From Octopus sinensis (lineage: Eukaryota), in assembly GCF_006345805.1 (NCBI RefSeq), contig NC_043014.1:19034001-19098000 (forward strand): a DNA stretch of 64,000 nucleotides, read 5' to 3'. A program made the position numbers and the translations under genes. This document shows positions 58,616 through 64,000 of the stretch, piece by piece. Position 1 is the stretch's first letter; each line of letters begins with the position of its first letter. The notes under the pieces were generated by a model that was not told the origin of the DNA, made no database searches, and was given only the letters and a program-made list of their open reading frames with translations.

Positions 58616-58676
58616 GATAACTGAAGAGATAGCGGCATGGATCTCCACGCCGGCATCCGAAACTCGGAGTTTTATC
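58616..58676 (+). ncRNA. Type I hammerhead ribozyme motif with long stem II
   Basis: GAUAA-CUGAAGA-stem II (GAUAGCGGCAUGGA/UCCACGCCGGCAUCC, 11 of 14 pairs plus one extra C)-GAAAC-U-CGG-AGU-U-UUAUC. Stem I has 5 Watson-Crick pairs, stem III is ACU/AGU and the cleavage triplet is GUU. Confidence 0.7.
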
Positions 58677-58782
58677 ATGGCTACCGAATAATTGTCACAT
58701 ATTACATTCACAGACACATGTATATATATTATATATAAATATATGTATATGTATATATATATATATGTATATATATATAATA

Positions 58783-58827
<45 letters not shown>

Positions 58828-59525
58828 TATATATATATATACATATACATATATGTTTGTGTGTGTATTTATTTTTGTATGTGTCTGTTTGTATATGTGT
58901 GTATGTCTGTGTATGCGTGTGTGCGTGTGTGCGTATGTTGGTTTATATTCTAGGCTGAAAAGAAGCATTAAAACGAACTGTAAGGAAACTGAAAACAGAA
59001 CAAAAGAAAAACAAGTTAAGAAAATATATAATTTTCAAGCTTCCGGAAATATTTTGGCTGTAAAGAATTTTGGTGTTCTAGAACAATCTTTCCTGTTGTC
59101 GATTCTAATGCAAGAGAAAATATCAAGGCCATATAGTTCTGTTTTTAATTTTGGGTAAGGGTGTGGTGTGGGTGGTATGTTATTTGCATATTTCATAGCA
59201 GGTTCTTAAAGACTCTAAACTGAACGAACATATAAAAAAAAACGAAAGATTGAAAAAATTGATGTCTTCGGAATTAAAAAAAAATCGGTTATAAACATGA
59301 CGAATTTGCTAAACAAGGAAAATTACTATTATTATTGTTATTGTTGTTGTTTTTGTATGTATTTTGCGGTTTTTAATAAAAAAACAAAAAACATAATGTA
59401 TACTGTTTTCAAGCAGATTGATGGTGTATATGCATCTAATATATACTTATAGGCATACATTCATACACCCATACACACACGCACATACGTTCATAAATAT
59501 ACATATACATACGCACACACACATA

Positions 59526-59529
<4 letters not shown>

Positions 59530-59576
<47 letters not shown>

Positions 59577-59663
59577 GTGTATGCATATAAACAAAGTCCA
59601 TATCAATATATACGTTTATACATGTAAGTATAAATATACACATATATAGGTGTGTATATATAT

Positions 59664-59694
<31 letters not shown>

Positions 59695-59724
59695 GTGTAT
59701 ATACATACACACACACACACACAC

Positions 59725-59779
<55 letters not shown>

Positions 59780-59900
59780 ATGCATATAAACAAAGTCCAT
59801 ATCAATATATACGTTTATACATGTAAGTATAAATATACACATATATAGGTGTGTATATATATATATATATATATATACATACATATATATATGTGTATAT

Positions 59901-59940
<40 letters not shown>
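59530..59940 (+). repeat. Tandem duplication with a period of about 199 bp
   Basis: The same core of about 78 nt (gtgtatgcatataaacaaagtcc...ataggtgtg) occurs at 59577 and 59776. Confidence 0.9.
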
Positions 59941-61042
59941 TATATATATATATATATAGCTATGTATATATTTAAAAGATGAAAACACACACTCGCAATA
60001 ACAGTAATCACGTCAAATATAGCATTGCATGAAAAATGTTTGTTTATAAAATCAATTTTTGTACTAAGACATTTTATCTGAAAGACGGGAATAAAAAAGA
60101 AACACAAAAATAACCATCAAAATCTTTTAAAAAAACTCTTTAATAAATGTATGAATAACCTAAAAGAACAAAAGAACCTAAGAGAAATGGAGAAAAGAGG
60201 ATTAGAACAACCAAAGACGAAAAATGAAAAAGCAACAAAAAAAAACGAAATACATAAAAAAAAACAAACAGTTTTGAAATTCTTCCATTTTTATGTTGAC
60301 GTAATGCTATTTACTTTTGTTTCAATTAGTAAAATATTACATTTTTTAAAAGAATATTTTGTTTACTTTAAGAATAATTATTTGCCTTTACTTTAAACAC
60401 TATAACTTTCTCTATCATCAGAGACAATTACATAACAACAAAAGCGAGATGTAATTTTTTTTCAGGGACATTTAGATCTGCTAACCGCTTATCCGGAATG
60501 CTCAATAGTTAAAGAAGTTACATGGTATTTTGTTATATATTTCATTTAGAATTATTATTACCATTAATGTTTATTCATCTCCACTACTCCACAATGCTAA
60601 TATTGGTAGCCTTGACTCTTCCGGACTATTGTGATTTGCTTTGCCAAGTTTACTATTTTTAATAACGAAAACAGCATCAAACAATGTCAGCAACAACACG
60701 AGCAAAAAGAACAGAAACCACTATATCAATAACCTTAGAAATGACAAAAATATTATTATTTTTATCGTCATTTTACATGTGGGCAAAGTATGGAACTATA
60801 AAAACAATGTATAAAGCAATACAAATACACACGCATAATGCATGATATTATTAATTATATATACTATATTCCTAATTATGATTTTGTATAGTGTGGTGTC
60901 GACAATATTGTATTCGAAATGAATGCATTCCTTCCAACGTAGAGTACGTCTATATTTTCAGAGGCAAATGATGTGTAGGGGTATTTTCTGCTTAGAACTC
61001 GTGATCCAGTCATTATAATATTATAATACCTAAGTTTATATA

Positions 61043-61077
<35 letters not shown>

Positions 61078-62727
61078 ATATATATATATGTGTGTGTGTG
61101 TGCATATATATATGTATATATATGTGTGTGTGTGTGTGCATATATATATACATATATATGTGTGTGTGTGTGCATATATATGTATATATATGTATATACA
61201 TATATATATATATATATGTCACACACACACACACACATATATATATCAAATGGATGTGTTATAAAAGTATTCAGCACAGACAATAACAGCCATAGCAACA
61301 ATCCAACATACCTCCATCATCAGCTGCCCCACGGATATCACTATGGTTTCGACACCTGTGCAGTACCATTCAATCCGGTGCTGTCAACAGCTCTAAAATA
61401 AGTGTTGTTTGGGAACAAACATACCTTAGATATCACCACATTCAGTCAGTCTTAATTCTCAGAAGGATTAAACACTAACGTTATTAATTAAACTATAAAA
61501 AAAAACACATGTAGCCAAAGTACGAAAAGAGTATCGGTAAATAAATTCAATAAGTAAACCTATAACTAACTCCTAGAATATCTAACTAAATAGCGACCTA
61601 GCCCTTGAAGTCCATACAGATAATATTCCCACCAGTCTTTCATAGTTATTAATATAAAAGTGAGAGCTTTTCTCTGTATCTCTCTCTCTCACTCTGTATT
61701 TATATAAAGACATGCAATAATGTCTACAAATAGATGATGATATGATATATAGAGAAACTATATGCTTAGAACTTTTAACCTTCTTCCTATATCAGCCAAA
61801 TTTTTCTCACTCATGACCACATGAACTAGAGAGCATAAGTCTGTTATATGGTTTTAAACTGATCATTGTAACAGCCATATCGCAATCGATTTAGTGATTA
61901 TCACATATGTAAATTGAGGAGAATGTAAAAATAACTTCCAGTTTCTGTCTCAGGTTGCTCAATGCAGACGTCAAATATCTCTCAGTTTAAAGTCCATCAC
62001 GTGTATAAACGGAGAATCAATAAAACCGTACAATGAAATGTGGCATCATGGTGTGCTTTTTGCAGAAGCCACATATATGGTGTTGAGGATCACATTTAGT
62101 CATTTTTATCTGTTCATTGAAGCTCTCCTTCTTCACTATTCAGAGAGTATGATGTAGATGCATACATGTATATTTGCATATTATGGAAGATGAGTGCTAG
62201 ACAGAGCTTCTCTCTGTAATATTATAAGTTGCGTCAATGAAAATGTCACAACTCTCTAATGCAACTCCGCGATTTGAGCAATAAATTACAATTTCGCGTA
62301 TCGATGCTCTATTTTACCAGGCTTGGTACTTTATTTGATTCTTGAAACCACTATCTTAGAATTTAAAGATCGAAACATATTAACATACCGAAAGGTACAG
62401 GTTATAAGTACAAATACACTAAGAGAAGACTTTTCATAAATAATGAGATAGATATATAATTTCATAAAAAGAATTGTCGCAACAGGGTGGGGGGAAATAA
62501 TTAGAGTAATGAGAATGTAAGTATATATTTAACTGCGCATCACTCAATGCAGTTGCCTTAGCGATTATTATTTTATAGGTTCCTATATATTTCGTTGTAG
62601 TGTTTACACGTTTACAAAAGAATTAAGTTAAAAACTCATACAATGTATGACAACACACATACACAAATGTATGTATATACATACATACAAACACGAAAAT
62701 CACTCAAATGTATATTCCTAATCAAAT

Positions 62728-62945
62728 CAAGGCTGGTTTCCTGGATTCTGTGGTGTATATATTCAAAGTATCACCTGGATGGAACGCGAATCTTAGGATT
62801 ACTAAGTTGTGACAGCTGAGTGAACTGGAGCGAAGGAAAATGAAATATTTGGCGAAAGCACACACCGCATCACCCAGTGCAAGAATCGAAACCACGACTA
62901 TTATCATGGGCGCAACATCCTAACCACTAAGCCACGCTCTTCCAC
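62728..62945 (-). mobile_element. tRNA-derived SINE with an A-like core and a C-like tail
   Basis: Head ctaaccactaagccacg, core cagctgagtgaactggagc and tail ggctggtttcctgg...cacctggatgg. Confidence 0.6.
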
Positions 62946-63119
62946 CAGACATATAATGATACATGGAAATAAACAAATATACACACATTGAAGTTGAATA
63001 CCTCTATATACATAACAACACACACACACACACACTGCTATACGTTAATACGTTCACACTAACATACATGTACGCACACACACACCCAAACACATATATG
63101 CAAATGCATATCAGTGCAT

Positions 63120-63138
63120 GTTGACATATATATGTCAC

Positions 63139-63193
<55 letters not shown>

Positions 63194-63197
63194 TATG

Positions 63198-63232
<35 letters not shown>

Positions 63233-63233
63233 G

Positions 63234-63272
<39 letters not shown>

Positions 63273-63300
63273 GTATATATGACACACACAAATGTATATA

Positions 63301-63356
<56 letters not shown>

Positions 63357-63454
63357 TAGATAGATAGATACGTATTTATATGTATGTATATTTGCATTCG
63401 TATTCATATATACCTATATATTTATGTATATGTATATATCTATGTATATGTGTA

Positions 63455-63493
<39 letters not shown>

Positions 63494-63510
63494 GCAATAT
63501 ACATGCATAT

Positions 63511-63547
<37 letters not shown>

Positions 63548-63590
63548 CATTATGTATACATATATATTTATATATATATTGATATGCACA
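63120..63590. repeat. Compound (TA)n/(CA)n microsatellite
   Basis: Direct reading. Confidence 0.95.
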
Positions 63591-64000
63591 TCCGCAGGCA
63601 TATTAACTGCTGAAAATATACTTCGCCCACAGCTGACTGTAATATATAATTATACTACCCTGGTAAGCGTGAAATCATGAAAAGAAAGTGATGAAGAAAA
63701 GGATGATCTCAGTTGGTGGATAAAGGCATATAAAAATCGGGACCAAATTTTTCAAACATTTTATATATTCTGTTCATAATTTATTGTTCAACATTGGTAG
63801 TCAATCATTTATTGTGCTCTCTGTAACATTCTGTTTCTTCTTAATCCTAACAAAAGATTTTGATTTTTTTACTTCAGCTCATGTTCTTGCTGCTGATAAT
63901 TGCTATTGTTTTGCTTTTGCTTTATACACACACAACACACACACACATATATATATATATATACATTATGTATACATATATATTATATATATATTGATAT

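Overview
This is AT-rich, microsatellite-dense eukaryotic DNA, not prokaryotic: no CRISPR, rRNA or operons. The SINE families and (TA)n/(TACA)n/(AAT)n load resemble an octopus/cephalopod genome (recalled, not verified). Nearly all listed ORFs are microsatellite artefacts. Supported features: (1) a plus-strand spliced gene for a coiled-coil protein of unknown family, with two firm exons (37859-38192, 43208-43790) and two tentative upstream exons; (2) an orphan minus-strand terminal exon (21043-21271); (3) at least four tRNA-derived SINE families; (4) two deleted mariner copies, a 625-bp TIR element and a probable decayed Penelope-like RT; (5) several near-identical local duplications that may be assembly artefacts. 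The main discovery is three loci, unrelated in sequence, carrying five minimal type I hammerhead ribozyme cores (CUGANGA-stem II-GAAA-stem III-GUH). Two loci are inverted pairs (8101-8455, 51379-51600) and one is single (58616-58676). This fits Penelope-like-element terminal repeats; catalytic activity is inferred from motif and pairing only.
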